Shown: positions 1 to 14,914, numbered from the stretch's first letter. The stretch: 64,000 bases of DNA from Mytilus californianus (GCF_021869535.1 NW_026262712.1:41540001-41604000); one strand, 5' to 3'. The notes: generated by a model from the letters alone, not told the origin. Made by a program: numbers and translations.

Positions 1-1140
1 AAACATCATTGTAACAAGTTGATATTGGTGATTCTAAATAACAACTATTTATTGTTTTAGTTAAAAAGACGTAAAAGGAGAGCTATATATATTTCAAAGA
101 CAGGTTTTTACTGTTTTATTACTGTACTTATTTTTATTTTTTGTGTCTTTGGTCTAATGTCTCATGACATATATCGCATATCTCATTTCATCGATCCGTT
201 TTTAAACTACTTACATATTTTGAAGACAGGTTGTTGCTGTTAAAATTTACATATTTTTAGTTTTTGTGTGTTTGGTCTAATGTGTCATGACATATACAGC
301 ATATCTAATTTTATCGATACGTTTTTAAACTACTTACATGGATTTAAAGAAAATCATAAATTCAAACAAAGAGTGAACAAAAAAAATGCAAGATAAATAA
401 AAATGATTTTTACTTCCAATTTTATGTTAATAAAAGACATTTACACTCTCACTGTGGTAGAATATAGTAGGAGATAGAGTGTAGTTGTAAAGAATGCATG
501 TTGTCAGTAAGCCAACTAGATGAGGTTTGACAAACGTCAATGATGTTGCCCTTGCAATGCAAAACTAGTAAACATCATTGTAACAAGTTGATATTGGTGA
601 TTTTAAATAAATTGTTGGAACTATAAAACTGTATAATCAATTATCTTTGAGAAATGTTGTATAACATATCGTTTTTCATAGAAGTTTGAAATAATACTTT
701 TTTTAATACTCATGATTCATGATTCTCCGATGTTTATTTTTGGGGGGTATAATATGTTGAAATCGATCTTTGATAGTTGGTCTTTAATTTATTCACAAGG
801 ATTTCTTGTCACAGGAATATCTAAAGTTAGAAATTACATATTTTAAAGACAGGTATTTATTGTTTGATATTGATATTGTTATTAGTTTGTGTCTTTGATT
901 TACTGTATCATAAATGAACATATATCACAGATCTCCTTTTATCGATACTTATTATATTTAATTTCATGGATACATAGAAAATCACAAATTCAAACAAAGA
1001 GTGAACGAAATAAATGAAAAATATATAACAGTGGTTTCTCCTTCCAAATTTATGGTTCATTAAAAATATCAACATGTTTACCATTATATTATAATCTAGT
1101 AGGAGATAACAAGTTAATCTTTGAAGAATAAAAATTGTTC
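1..1140 (+). repeat. Degenerate tandem repeat, period about 570-630 bp, with internal subunits of about 125 bp
   Basis: aaacatcattgtaacaagttgatattggtgatt at 1 and 571; aaattcaaacaaagagtgaac at about 358 and 986; sub-repeat 95-220 vs 220-340. Confidence 0.75.
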
Positions 1141-1589
1141 AGAGGCAAACTAAACATGCTAAAGATGGTTTGTTGTTCCGAAAATTACAAAAAAAGTACA
1201 AATAAATTAAATATTTCAATACTATATAAATTTGATTGATACAAGAAAATTGTATTACAATCTTGTCTAATCTGTTCAAAAAGGTCACTTTTGATATTAC
1301 TTACGTCATCAATCTGTCAAGTACAGCATCGTTGGTCTGAAATGGCAACTTTACACATAAGTTTTGGACGCACTTGATATGAGCCAAAGCTTTACCCCAA
1401 ACAGAATTGTGGACACATTTCCATGATGTAGCAAAATATCTTTTTTTTTCGAGTAAATCATTATCTGGTTTCGAAATGTTCAGATACAAGATCTAATAAG
1501 AGTCAAATTTGATAGATATATCAGTTTTATACAGTCTAAGTAGTTTGAAGTCCTCGTGCAAACATATAAGACAAAATTCAAAATGTATA

Positions 1590-1945
1590 AATAATGATAG
1601 ACTAATGCTTGTTTTTTCTACATTAGCTAGAGGTATACGGGGTGGGTCGAAATCTCACAAAATATGTTTAACCCCTCCGCATTTTTATGCCTGTCCAGAG
1701 TTAGGCCTCTGTTAGTCTTGTATGTTTTTTTTTATTTTGGTTCATTCATATGTTTCGGATTTTAATGTGACATCCATTTTTGCTGAGCTAGTACACATGT
1801 TTGTTTCGGAGCCAGCTGAGGGCAACCTCCGGATGCAGGATTTTCTCGCTGTGTTGAAGATCCATAAGTGACCTTGGGGTGTTTTCTTCTCTTTGGTCGG
1901 GTTGTTGTCTCTTTGACACAATTCCTGTTTCCATTCTCAATCTAA
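1590..1945 (+). repeat. Family A copy
   Basis: Matches 7110-7457. Confidence 0.85.
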
Positions 1946-4900
1946 ATGTTTTATTAACATGTGACGTATGTTTTGTTGTTTAATTACCTATGATTTTATA
2001 ATCTCGGCGACTCCTATCTTTAACATTTTTCTGTACACTAGTAAACTAATCGATATGTAACACATGATACAAATGATGCTGTGAGTATCAAACAAATTTA
2101 TATCCTTTTATGAAAAGTGCTTGCTGTATATTGTTTTGAAATTGTTAATATTTTACATGAATTCGTTATTTTACAATAAGTGGGTGCAATCAACATGTGT
2201 GTCTGCGTCTTTTTTCAACATATTCATTGATGCAACTATTTGTTTTAATGCTAATCAGATTTTAAATAAACATTGTTAGCTCAAATATGAAATGAAATTC
2301 ACGTAAACGTTATTTCAAAAATGAAAAACAAATAATCTTGAATGATAGTTTTTTACTTTTTATACCTTCACTAAAAAGTTTTTTTTTTTTTTTTTATTTC
2401 TAAAATATAACGAAATGGTGACAATTGGAATTTTGGGTAAGAAGGCACGAGTCCTTTTCTTGTGAGTCTGTTTATTTTCTATTCGTCTGTATGTTGTATA
2501 CATTTATAAGCAGAACAAGTTTTATTTCGCGTTTTATCTCAGTAATGAATGCTTGACTGTTTTACTTTGTAATCAAATATTTGCAAACAAAAACTTAGAT
2601 TGACCTTTGTTAGCATCTTTTTTATTATTATCAATCCGACACTTGCTATCAAAAAGCTGAAAGATAATACATTTCTTGAACAAATAAAATATAGTATTCG
2701 CAATTAAAAGTTAGTCTTACTGACAATGTACAATTACAAGACGGATGCCATTTAGAAAATTTGAGTGATAATAATCCGTTTGGTGTTTTTTTTTCAGCAA
2801 CTAATTAATAGATTTAAAGACAGATACTATTCAAGCAACCTAGCAATATAATAACTTTTGTAAGAGTGGTAGTACATAAAACATACAATGACCGTATATA
2901 TATCTGACATAGATATTTTTTTCTATACCCTTTTGTTGGCGTCTTTGTTTTTTTAAATTGTAGTTTTGTTTGAATATTTTATTCGGTTCTGTTTTATATC
3001 TGTGTGTGTTTACTCAGTTTTGGCTGCTGAACACAAATTATTTTCTCAATAACCTATTATTCTGTTTGGGTTGCTCACCCAATTTTGTTAAGTTACGGAA
3101 TTATAAACAAATGGCATAAAAGTGGGAGGCTAAGCAAGCAATAACACCAGGTTTAACTCACCATTTTCTTCAGTGCAAAGTCAGGAAAATGACAGATATT
3201 TTTCAATTTTTCCGTGTTGATTGATAGCGTTTGATTTTGTCAGTTCTCATGGACTTTCTCTTTTGTATTCTTTATTTAAACTTTCTTATCTATTCAATAT
3301 TGTATCTTTTTATATACGGAGATGGGTGCTATTTTAATTTTATTAAAAATAAATTCTCGGTGACGTGACGTTGACAAAACCGATTTAATATTTTTTGAAG
3401 ATTTTAAATTAATTTGTTAAGACTTTTACAGCAATGATGCTTAAATGTTCCGAAATCCTAATTTTAGATTGATTTTAAAATGATTCTTTCAACCTCTTTC
3501 AATTAAGGCGCAATAGTTTACAGAATTTCAAGAATCGCATATTGATTAGAACAAGAAAACATCAAGGTAACAATACGAAACTGAGGGAATATTTAGTGTT
3601 CAGATCTCATGATGGTTTCAACGGTATAACACAAATTGCGTCCAAATCAAAAGTGACCATATTTGAACTTTATTATGAAAATTAAATGGTCCAATTTCTA
3701 ACTACAATTTCAAATTAGGATTTTTTTACCAACATCACAACGAATCATAGCTAATACAAATACTAGAAAGGAAAAATGTCATTTTGTTGAAAATTAATGT
3801 TCTTGCGCTATATTCATGAAGTCACAAATAGCACTTGAATTGATTTTAATAACAATTCAGAGAAAACGGGTACATTTTCATAATTTTTTTTTGAAGTGGA
3901 AACATTGAGTGCATGCGTCGACAATTTAGCATAATGTGTGTTATCATATTTGAAATATGTGGCTTGAATATTAAAAAAATCATTAAGTTTTTCGACGACT
4001 GTGCTGTAAGTTGCTTAGGCCTAGATTTGGTTAAAATCCGAACGAGTTTGTCAAATTTCGCAAAAACCTCTATTTTTGGAAAAAAAATAGTTATATTTAA
4101 CTTTAATTGTCTTTTCGTCAATTTAAACCATTTTTGATCTTGAAACATTGATCTTGACAATCCCAAATATGGCCTTACCGAACTAACTACAGGTTCCTGA
4201 CTTAAAGCAGGCGCAAAAATGCGGTTAAGTTAAACATGTTTTGTGAAGTCTTAACCCTCACCTTATACATCTGGCTAATGTCGAATAAATAAACACATAA
4301 CAAATCGTACAGTAAAACTCAGTTCAATAAAGTCCGTTTCCAATGTAAGAATATGTAACAGACGAGACTTAGAAAACTGACAATGATCAACATATATTAT
4401 CGATGGACTGAAAGCAGTTACTGACATACCAGCTCCAGAATTGATTGAAATTCTATGTTTTCATCATATGAAAATAAACTACAATCCCTCACGTTAAGGG
4501 TTTAATACCATGTCATCATAAAAGAGGGACAAAAGATACCAGAGGGACAGTCAAACTCATAGATCAAAAACAAACTGACAACGCCATGGCCAAAAATAAA
4601 AAGGCAAACAGACAAATAATAGTACATAAATTATACAAGAGGAACATTACCCGTGTGTATTTTAGTAGTTTTTGTCCATACTCTGTGAAAGCAATTTCAT
4701 AAATATTATTGAAGAGTATTGATGAAAGTATTTCAATTTAAGTTAGAAAACCAAACGTTTATTTTTTCATGTTTTCGGAAGCAATATGGGTATCAATACA
4801 TGTGTATAAAACACGTCAGTTTTTTTTCCACGCACTGAATACCAAGCACCTTATTAGTTCAAATTCTAAAAAAGAACACACGTATACTAAGATGCATAAG

Positions 4901-6769
4901 ATTTATAATTGACTCTAATTTTGTGTTGATTTTGTATTTTGTGTTCCTATTTGTATTTTTGTAGGAAATATTTGTTTTGTTTTTGAATTTTCGTAGGCAT
5001 TCAATTTTAGTCTATTTAGTACGATGTGAAGAAGACGTGAAGATTTTCGTAATTCCATAAATATAAATTTATTTTTTAATTTAGAAATCTGATATCACAC
5101 ACTTTCCATGTATATACGCACATTTGAATTTTATGCGCATTTGAAAGTTATGTCCATTAAAGGTTGACACAGGTTTACAATGTCGATTTCGAAAGTATAG
5201 GTAATTTATGTTGTTTTACAAACTAAAACTTCAAGTGACTCATTTCACAGACATTCTTACAAGAAGACAAACAAATCTCAGTATTGTTTACGATCATTCG
5301 GTGTCGTAAGATGTTTTGTGAAAAGAGAATCAGAAATCGTACAGCGGTTTTTTACTTTAATCTAACTCTTCATCAATTTCATTTTGTTCAACACGCTTTG
5401 CTGGTTTTAACTTAATCAGGAACGTGTATAGCTGAATTTATTTCTCAGTCAATGATATTGACAAGTCAAGAAGATTACACAGATATAATGTCTATAATTA
5501 TTATAAAGACGAATAAGAAGTGATCAATAATTTTCATCGTTAATGCTATTGTATAAAAAGATGATTAGTACGTAGTTTTCCAAAAAGGAATCCTTGCATA
5601 AGTAAGGAGGAAAATTGATTCACCGTAAGTTCTTATATCATATTATTTTACATTTGTTAATGAGTTTTACTTTAAAAGAAATATAATGATGCAAATTTGC
5701 TTCAATTATTGAACTTCTTTGTCAGAAACAGTTATGTTTACTTCAATTGCATTTAACAATAATAATACTTGTGAAACATGCTGATAACATGACTGGGCGT
5801 AGTCCTATCATGTTCAGCAAGTTCAATTGCTGACATGTCATTTTGACTGGTCAAAAGTAACCTGCAACAGGTTTAAGAACGGTTCTGACCAGTCTTATGA
5901 CCACAATCAAATTAAAAAATACATTACACTGAAAATAAGTGTCTCGTCAGTCATACTTGAGGCCAAAATATCTGAAAACTATTACATTATAAAAACGTTA
6001 ATTTTCAAGTTATAGTGAATATATCATGTCAATGATTTTTTTATAAAATATTGCATAAAGCTGTTGTATATTAAACTTAAACTATAAATTACAAGATGAT
6101 GCATTTGTGTTTTTTTTTCTGAAATATTACTAAAAATTTCTTAAAAAAGTTTGAAAATGTGAAAAGAAAGCACATAAATCGGCGAAACCTTCCTTAGTTT
6201 GTCCGAAAATTATCAAATTTTTAATTAAAAATCCATAGATTTTTCTGAGAATTGATATGATTTGATACATACATTTGATAAAGGTCACCGACTTCGTTAC
6301 TGGTGGCTATATTTTACCTATCTGGTCTTAAAAAAAGTGAAATATCGACAATTTAAAGCTTACATAGCGATGTCGTTATTTTTATTTTGCCGTTCTGTAG
6401 AATTGGGCTCACGTAGAACACATTTTGAATGATATGTACCGTAAAAATGCAGTCAGTGACAATATTCTTCTTTAACATTATCACAAAAGCAAATTTATTA
6501 CACCAGGGTTTTTGATATCACAAACTAGTCAAAACATTTACTAAATTTTATCATCGGTACAAGGACAACTTTCTAAAATATAACTCAGCATGCTGACATC
6601 TTAAACGTTCACGTATTTCACATCCAATCTTTTATGGTCATATTCTTTACAAAGCACAAAAATGTCGGCATTCACCTCGAAAGCTAACACAACCTTTAAA
6701 CAGACTTATTAAGAAGGGATATAGTAACGATACTGTTGTCAGGTCCTTAAAGATGGCATATTTTGGCTT

Positions 6770-7457
6770 TAATGTTGATTCACTTATAGGGTCTTTGCGT
6801 CGGAAATAAACACTTTTAAAAACCAGTTGTTGGCATGATACTGGTTATGTTTTTCTCATATATTTTATGATAGTATGATACTAAACCCCTAACGGGAGGG
6901 ATTGTGCTTGATATTCATATGATGAACACATAATATTTCAATCAGTTTAATTGAGGTCTGAAGCTGGCATGTCAGTAACTGCTAGTTGTCCTTTGTTAAT
7001 TTATGTATCATTGTCAATTTGTTTAGTGTTTTTTTTTTATTACCTATTCTGACATCGGATTCGGGCTTCTTTTAAACTGATTTTTACTGTGCGTATTGCT
7101 GTGTGTTTGTTTATTCTACATTGGCAAGAGGTATAGGGGGAGGACTGAGATCTCAAAAAGCATGTTTAACCCCGCCGCATTTTTGCGTCTGTCCCAAGTC
7201 AGGTGCCTCTGGCCTTTGTTAGTCTTGTATGATTTTTATTAGTTTAGTTTTTTTTTATATATACTTCGGAGTTTAGTATGACGTCCATTATTACTGAACT
7301 GGTACATATTTTTGTTTAAGGGCCATCTGAGGAACGCCTCCTGGTGCGGGATTTTCTCGCTGTATTAAAGACCCATTTGTGGCCTTCTGCTGTTTTATGC
7401 TCTTTGGTCGGGTTGTTGTCTCTTTGACACATTCCCCATTTCAATTCTCAATTTTAT
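6770..7457 (+). repeat. Abundant interspersed repeat family A (probably HINE/Helentron-type, class uncertain), long copy
   Basis: Core gaggtatagggg...catgtttaaccccgccgc...ggtcgggttgttgtctctttgacacattcccc; also at 1590-1945, 4160-4445, 14915-15112 plus 18976-19050, 44040-44820 and 50425-50895. Confidence 0.85.
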
Positions 7458-10400
7458 TACGCATTAAAAAATATTAAGAGCCAGTCTGTGGTAAAACCAT
7501 GCAACATGGTCCGAATCCAAAATATTCCAATCAGACTGATATTTTGGATTTTAGATACCTTATATGTAATAACTATTTGTGAATAATATTTTGAAAAAAT
7601 ATTCAGCCATTATTTGTTTATGCAGAACATTTGATAATTTTCGATTTCTGTACTGACAAAAGGCCATTTAAAGCCTATTTTAGGGTATTTGGACCTGTTG
7701 TTTTTTTTTTGTGTTATAGAAAAATTACAGCTAAATGATAACAAATACCTTAATAAACAACTTGAAACGAAAGACAATTAAAATAGTTTTAAAAGTTTTT
7801 ACATTTCTCAATACCCCTACTGGCAGGTTGATATTGCATGGTTTTCAAAAAGTGCCGATACAGCGAAATTTGTATTTTTTTTAAAGGCCTGATTCTTGTA
7901 AGATCCTATTCTATTTTCAAAACATGTAATATAGCATGAAGCTTATATACTTATCTACAAAATGCAAGAATATTGTGCTCGGCAAATGATACCATCTTAC
8001 GATAAAATAACAATTAAAGATAGACATGATGGCAATTTTGCCGAATTTGTGATTTTTTTTCTGTTACAATAGAAACTTTACAAATGTATGCCATAGTAAA
8101 AGAATAAGTAAAATAATCACTGAACTAATGTGTATTGCTTATCTTGCTTGAATAAACTTAGTTTAACTTACAGCTTATTAGTTTTAATTAAAAAAATACT
8201 AAAGGAGCAGGCCCTAAAAGAATTTTTTTTGGCCCAAAAATTTAGCATTTTTACTTTTTTTTTTTAAATATAAACTTTTAGCTACTTATTGGAAAGTATG
8301 ATACTTTAGTCACTTTAAAATGGGCTGCTTTTTACAATACTATGCACATTCATTATGTACTATCATCATTAATTCATGTAACATTTCTAAAATCTTCACA
8401 ATTTTAGCATATGTACTAATTTTTAGACGGTTTTTGTCAGAAATTGATGTGGCCACATTTTTGTTCAGTCTTAATATTTAAATACATGATGTATTTGATG
8501 ATAATGCATATACATATAAAGATTGATACTGGGTGCTTCTTACCTAGAAAAGAGCTCCATGTTTTATATTGGGATAAAGCTTTATAAGCTTTATGTCAAA
8601 TATCAAGAAGTTGCTGAGAAAAGTGTGACTTAAATTTTGTGAAACTGACATGAACGACAGATAGTGATCCCTATGTAGCTTCTGAGAGAACAGTCGAAAT
8701 ATGTTAAGTTTTCTCCTAGAATGTATCCATAAAATCTCCAACAACTTGAGGCATGTGAATAAGACATGTAAGATGCAGTTGGCCTTTTACTACCAAAGAC
8801 TAACAAAAATATTTCAAATTGCAATAACATTTATTTTTATGCCCACATGAATAAAAACAAATATACACAGATAAATGGTTAAACTGTGGTGCAGACATTG
8901 TCATTAAAATGGTTATATAATTATTCAGGCAGTTTGCTTATAATTGTACTGTCATATAATATTATCTGCCATGAAGAAAAACATGCAAAACGGTATGAAT
9001 ACAAGTTTTTAGTCATGAATGAAGGTATTGGCAAACAGGAAGTAAAAGGTTCATAGATCTGAAAAGTGCTTACACAATAAAAGTCATCACTATAAAGCTA
9101 TATCCCATCAGCTATTATATTGTCAAGCCCGGCATGCAGATTTTTTTTCAGTAAAGCTACACAAACATTCAGGATGTTAAATAATATTAATCTACTGAAT
9201 GATTCAAAACCCTTCTCCTTGCAGCATGCAGTATAACATTAGATGTTATGATATTTCTCGTGACTTTAGGTCATTTCTAAGCCAGACGAAAGCTGTAGTG
9301 TTTTAGATCCATTGATAACAGCTTGGGAGTTCATAGGACTTGATATAGACTCAACAAAATGCATAAGTTGCGGCTGACTCAAGCGCATTCTATATATTCT
9401 TGGAGTGTTGAGCATTTGGCCTGGTTTTTCCAAATTTCCATGTTTTCTGACAGCATCAATTTTTGAACATTTAACTAGGAATTAAAGTCATGAGTTTTTG
9501 CTTTGTGAAATTGTGGGCAAACAGTGATAAAATCTGAAGCCGAGTCTGGTGACTATTCAGGTATAAGTATGCTTTAGTAAGAGCTTCAGTCATAACATCC
9601 AGTTGTAACATTGACTGTGTTTCGTCTGTTTTCCTCTTTTATACTACAGATGAGAACACTTTATCACCCTTTCCAGGTACATTATAGTTCAAAACGAAAT
9701 CAATAATTTCTGATGATAATTTTGTATAAAAAGCCTTTGTACTTTTTGATACATCATTCCATGCCAGATTCAATTGGTTCCTAAATGGTGGATACTTTCC
9801 ATTACTAAGGATATGCAAGGCTCTTTTGAGGTTCTCCCTGTCAGAAATTTTATCTGCATCCCGAATATGATGCTAAAGATTATGAAAAATTAGTTCATGC
9901 TGTGAATATACTCCTCTGAGAATCTGATAGTCTACAATGTGGCTTTCATCTCCATCTAAAAGATAAAAAATAAATCTACAAATGTACTTTAAAAAAATTA
10001 TATATCCTTTTTTAAATTAAAGTTAAATGAATTTTCAATTATACAATGTCCATGATATATGGAATAACTATGCATTGCCTTCAGATATGCAATCTATTTG
10101 GCCGAGGCCCACTGAAACAATTATATAAGATCTATCATCTGGTGGAGTACAATCATTACTATACCACATCAAGTGTATCATACAAGACCTAAATCGTCTA
10201 ACTGCAAAAACTTAACCAAGCCATTCAAGCAGAAAATGTAGAACAAAGTGATGTTATCAATAGTAACCATGTTGTACTACCCACGATATCTATTCACTTG
10301 TCAAGTATCAATGCAATACCATGCCTATTATCTGACAGAAAGACCTAAACACACAAAATTAAGTTGCTCAAGTGGAAAATCAACATGAACTTTATAATAG

Positions 10401-10869
10401 TGAATCATGCTGGACTACACAAAATGTATCCACTGGTTAAGTATCAGTGCTATACTATGTCTAGTACCTGAGATATTGATCTAAATAAAATATTTCAAGA
10501 AGTGGGAGGATTGCCTCCCCTGACTCACTGCAATAATGAATGATGCAAAAACCGAACCATGTAACTCATGTAAAAAATTTAGGTCAAGGTGACCTAATTT
10601 TTATTATGAACCCTATTGCACTACCCAAAACTTATCCACTGGTCAAATATCATTGCTATACTACATGTATGATGATTACATATAGTGTCACTTAAGTGGA
10701 AATGTAGGTCATAATGACCTAATTATTAATGTGTATTAGGAATTCTAATATGAGGTCCTTGAATCCAAGCGCATGATAAACTAATACAAAACTATATCCA
10801 GTATTGTTTTTAAATTGCTCCTGTAAATATAATATGTGGGGATGTATACATTTTTGTAAGTACTCTGCC

Positions 10870-11275
10870 ACGTCCGATCTCTGTTTTTGTTAGATGTATT
10901 TCTGCTTTGTATCAATCTGATGAGTTAAGCCTCAAATGATTTTTATAGTTTGTTCTTATGTCGTACTTTTACACTAATGTCCCAGGTTACAGGAAGGTTG
11001 GCGCCTTCAAACTAGTTAACTCCAAAGTGGTTGTTGTTGATTGCTGTATATCATATTTGTTTTTCGTTCATTGTTTTGTAAATAAATCAGGCCGTTAGTT
11101 TCTCATTTGAATAGTTTTACATTTGTCATTTCTGGGCTTTTTATAGCTGACTATGCAGTATGGGTTTTGCTCATTGTTGAAGGTTGTACGGTGACCTATA
11201 GTTGTTAATTTCTATATCATCTGGTCTTTGTGGAGCGTTGTCTCATTGGCAATCAAACCATTTCTTATTTTTAAA
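10870..11275 (+). repeat. Abundant interspersed repeat family B (ends gttgtctcattggcaatc..accacat)
   Basis: The same terminal motif occurs near 11700, 14440, 20310, 28190, 31890, 33990, 34985, 39215 and 51170, on both strands. Confidence 0.75.
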
Positions 11276-12255
11276 AATGCAATAACATTCTCATACATGT
11301 ATGTTTTCTTACCAGAATCTTTTTTGTATCAACTTTGATTCCTCAATCAGCTACTTTTTGTCTAATCTTGGGATATCACTGCTTGCAGAGACCTATAATG
11401 TACGTCTTTGTAAAAAAAATGGAATAATGCAGCCAGTCAATGGTACCATACACAATCAATCAATTTATAAACCTGTTGTTGTTAGGCATGATGCCAGTGA
11501 ATGATAGACAAATCTGTTTTATCAAATTAAAGGTTAAATTTAATTTTTTTTCATAAAGGCATGCCTTATTCATGGACATAACGGAGACATTATCAAAGTC
11601 AGTGAGCAGAATAAATATCAAGACTACAAGGGCTTTGCTCATTGTTGAAAGCCATACGGTGACCTATAACTGTAAATTTCTGTGTCATTTGGTCTCTTGT
11701 GTAGAGTTGTCTTCATACCACATCTCCTTTTCTTTTTATACATGTAAAATGTAAATACAAGTGAGAATCGCATACCCGATAAAAACCTAGGTTTTGTCCT
11801 TTCATTTCAGACAAATCAAAGGGGAATTGAGATTTAAGATACAACAAACAAAGTTTAACCTCACCACATTTATGTGTGCCCTTTTCGAGGTAAGGCATAT
11901 ATTGTAGGTTGGTTTTTACATGTAGTACCGGTATGTCCTTGCTTCAATAGAAATTTATAATTTACAATTTGATACATTTTTTTTTGTATCTTGACATTTA
12001 TATATATATATATATGTACATGTAGTGCAGGTTTTTCTTATATGTGTTGACTCATTTCCGGTAATTTAGAGCTTGCAATTAGGAGATGGTGGTTATGTGT
12101 GTTGCATAAGGTGACTTATCACATATCTACATGTATTTAATAGAAATAAATGCCTGTTTGCATATATATGTACATTGTACAATGTTGTATCACATAATAC
12201 CTCACCACTATGTCATGCATGTGTGGCAGTTTTAAAAAATAATCTGTTCATCATA

Positions 12256-12520
12256 CAGTGGTGGATCCAGGGGTGGGGGGGGGGGACCGGTGGTCCAAAT
12301 AATTATTGCTTTGCCGTCGGCTTCGCAGTAAGGCGTCAAAGCAAACAAATAAAATAGCCTTTTAAGACTTCATAATTATTTGGACTAGGAGACCGGGGGT
12401 TGGAACCTTCACTTTTTTGACGATCAATGGTTTTGAATAGGGACATATGGTTGGAACCACCCTTTTTACCCTGCCTTAGAACCCCCGACCCCTTTTTAAA
12501 AATGGCTGGATCCAACCCTG
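12256..12520. mobile_element. GGATCC-type MITE inserted in an intron of the Sola3 relic, carrying a gtccaaataattat...ataattatttggactag insert
   Basis: cagtggtggatccag...ctggatccaaccctg inverted termini. Confidence 0.6.
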
Positions 12521-14519
12521 TCAAAATTAGCTGATTTATTTTTGACTTTTACCTGATCCTATTGGAATCAGTTGTCATTTCAAAATCCAGTATTCTTTTG
12601 ACAGGGTTGGTGTGGTTCCTCTTTCAGCTTTTGCATTACTGTCAGCAGGATGTTCTTTGAATCTACACTTTGTTCATGTTGTTTAATTGTGCCGCCAATA
12701 ATTTCCCAAAAAGTCTCTCTGCCATGGGCATGGAGATATTGACAATTTTATAGCAGCACGATCAACAGAAAAAAATGTCACTTCTATATAAAGATTAAAT
12801 TAAAAGTTCTTCTCAGGCTTCTGGAAAGTTTGATAAAGAGGCATCAGTGCTGTGAAATAATTTAAGGTGGTGGTTGTGTCCTTTGTACAAAGATAAACCT
12901 TGTCTAAAAGATTAGATTTATAGTGCTTGAATTGTCCGCAACAACCTCCAAGTTGAGAAAAATTGCACCGAACAGAGACGTCTGCTTTTCATCGCTAGAA
13001 GCTGCCATATTGCCAGTGAAAGATTTCCACTAAGGCATGTAAGGGAGACAATTCAACCACAAAAATAACATTTAGGCTACCTGTTGGTAACTTAATGTTA
13101 AATTAAGCAAATTAACCAGAAAAACATGATATTAAGCCAAAAATATTGTTTCAACATAAAATAAATCAATGTTAGCCCAATTCCCACCTACTTTAAGCAA
13201 TTTTAGTTAAATACCAAGGGACAAAAACAATAAGAATTATTGTATTTTATAGTTAGATTGGGAGCATTTTTTATCATCTTTCCATTATTTGCCAAGCTAA
13301 AAGTTTTTACCTGTCTTAGAACTGATATACACCTTTCACAATATTATAAAAGTTAAAAATAAAAAATATGATCTTGAGAGAAAACTGCTATTAAGTACAT
13401 GTAGTATATGCAAGTTGTTTATTACATCTGTTGCACAAACCTTTCTGGCAACCTGCCTAAAGGTCCAAAATTCTCAAAAAGCTATTTTTTGGTTAATAAA
13501 AAAAGTTTTTTGCAAAATATGATAAAAATAATATCTTATTTAAAAGATATATCAATTATCCAGACCTTTACAAAGTACCTAAATATGGTGTATTATTTTT
13601 GCCAATTTTTAAAATAGTTCACTAATATGTAAAAAAAGGCTGTTTAATGAAAAATAGTGCAAATTAACAAAAAAAACATTTTTTTTTATCAAAACTCCTG
13701 AATACCAAATGTTTCTGGAAATATATATAATTTTGGGAAGTTGAAACTACCAATTTGGACGACATTTGGGATTTTGCATGGTTTTATGGCAGACTGACTC
13801 TTACTTATACAAAAAATATATTGAATTGGTAATTTGATACTTGGTGCTTTTCAGACAAATATAAAAATGTTTGATTGCCGTTTTAATGCGCTTTATATAC
13901 ATATAAGCATCTGTTTAAAAGATTAAATTCAGTAATATTTCAGAAAATCAGAGAGACAGATATATTTTTTCAATTTTCTTGTATAGTTCAACTAACAAGT
14001 TAATTTACAGTACATCAACGTAGACTTAATCAAACAATTACCCGAACTCTGATTCTCTCTTAAGGTAGCTATGGCATGGGTCTCAACGCAGTCCTTTTGT
14101 TGTATATATATTCCAATGTGTATCCTTTTCATACAACGCTTCATTCAGTATTCACCATTAACATTGCAAACGAGCATTGACAGTGTGTCCAATTGGAAAA
14201 TTGTAACATGAACTTGTTTTAGTAAATTGATCGTTATTTGTTTAATTGGTCTATTAATCCTAGTAGTTCGTAGATGTATTATAATTTCATGTAAATTTTA
14301 TTTTTTTTGTGCTATATATTTACCTATTCATCTTTGAAGGCTACTGATTAGAACAGAAGTAAGTAACTAGTTGGAAGCAGACATAGGAACAGATGTCTCA
14401 TTGAGGTATGTATATAAAGTGAAACAACTTTGGTGGATAGTTGTCTCATTGGCAATCAAACCACATCTCCTCATGTCTATATGTACCGAATATTCATGGA
14501 AACTTTAAATGCAAGCATG

Positions 14520-14880
14520 CAAAATGTGTCAAAATGGAGTATACAACTTGTGATTGTCTGTGTTTATACTCGACACATATTGTGTTCACCAGGAACATAT
14601 TACGTATAACTGTTAACACTTATACAATGGCATGTATCTATTGTCTACTCAAGGCTACATTTTGTCACATTCTAGTTTTAAATTCGGTCGAACAATGTTT
14701 TGTTCCAATCAAAATGAATATCCCTTTTCAGTAGAATTAGGACTTTAACTGTATAGACCCCAGTGTCAACAGTGTCTGTACTATTCGTTGTGTAGTAGAC
14801 CATTCAATAAATAATTATTTGAGTGCAACGACTGTCGATCTTCTGACGATTCTTTTCCACGTAAACCTAGACGCAAAAAG
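14520..14880 (+). repeat. Dispersed fragment of the 2678-bp unit
   Basis: aaaatggagtatacaacttgtga...ccacgtaaaccta also occurs at 43399-43735 and 46056-46390. Confidence 0.85.
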
Positions 14881-14914
14881 GTGTTCTAGCTCAGTTAAAA
14901 TGGAGTCATATTAA

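Larger units (their letters stand above)
8990..13008 (-). pseudogene. Relic spliced transposase-type gene of the Sola3-like element (5' half only)
   Basis: ATG at 13008. Exon to 12553 reads CPWQRDFLGNYWR...CRFKEHP...LIPIGS with stops. Exon 11392-11313 reads GLCKQ*. Large exon from 9955 reads RLQILSLFAHNFTKQKLMTLIP / RIYRMRLSQPQLMHFVESISSP / GSKTLQLSSGLEM / GLDNIIADG, with several stops and frameshifts. No catalytic core seen. Confidence 0.65.
7478..13800 (-). mobile_element. Decayed, internally deleted Sola3-type DNA transposon
   Basis: Termini ttaa|GAGCCAGTCTGtggTAAAACCATGCAA and the reverse complement GAGTCAGTCTGccaTAAAACCATGCAA, with right flank ttac (TTAA target, one mismatch). Patchy inverted similarity continues about 350 bp inward. 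It encloses a spliced relic ORF. GAG...CTC termini, TTAA target and long TIRs are, from memory, the Sola3 diagnostics. Confidence 0.65.

Noticed and set aside
3846-4166. Overlapping 106-aa and 74-aa ORFs, and most other 60-120 aa ORFs in the track
   Set aside because: Low-complexity F/K/I/L-rich translations of AT-rich repeats, many with non-ATG starts and no recognisable motifs.
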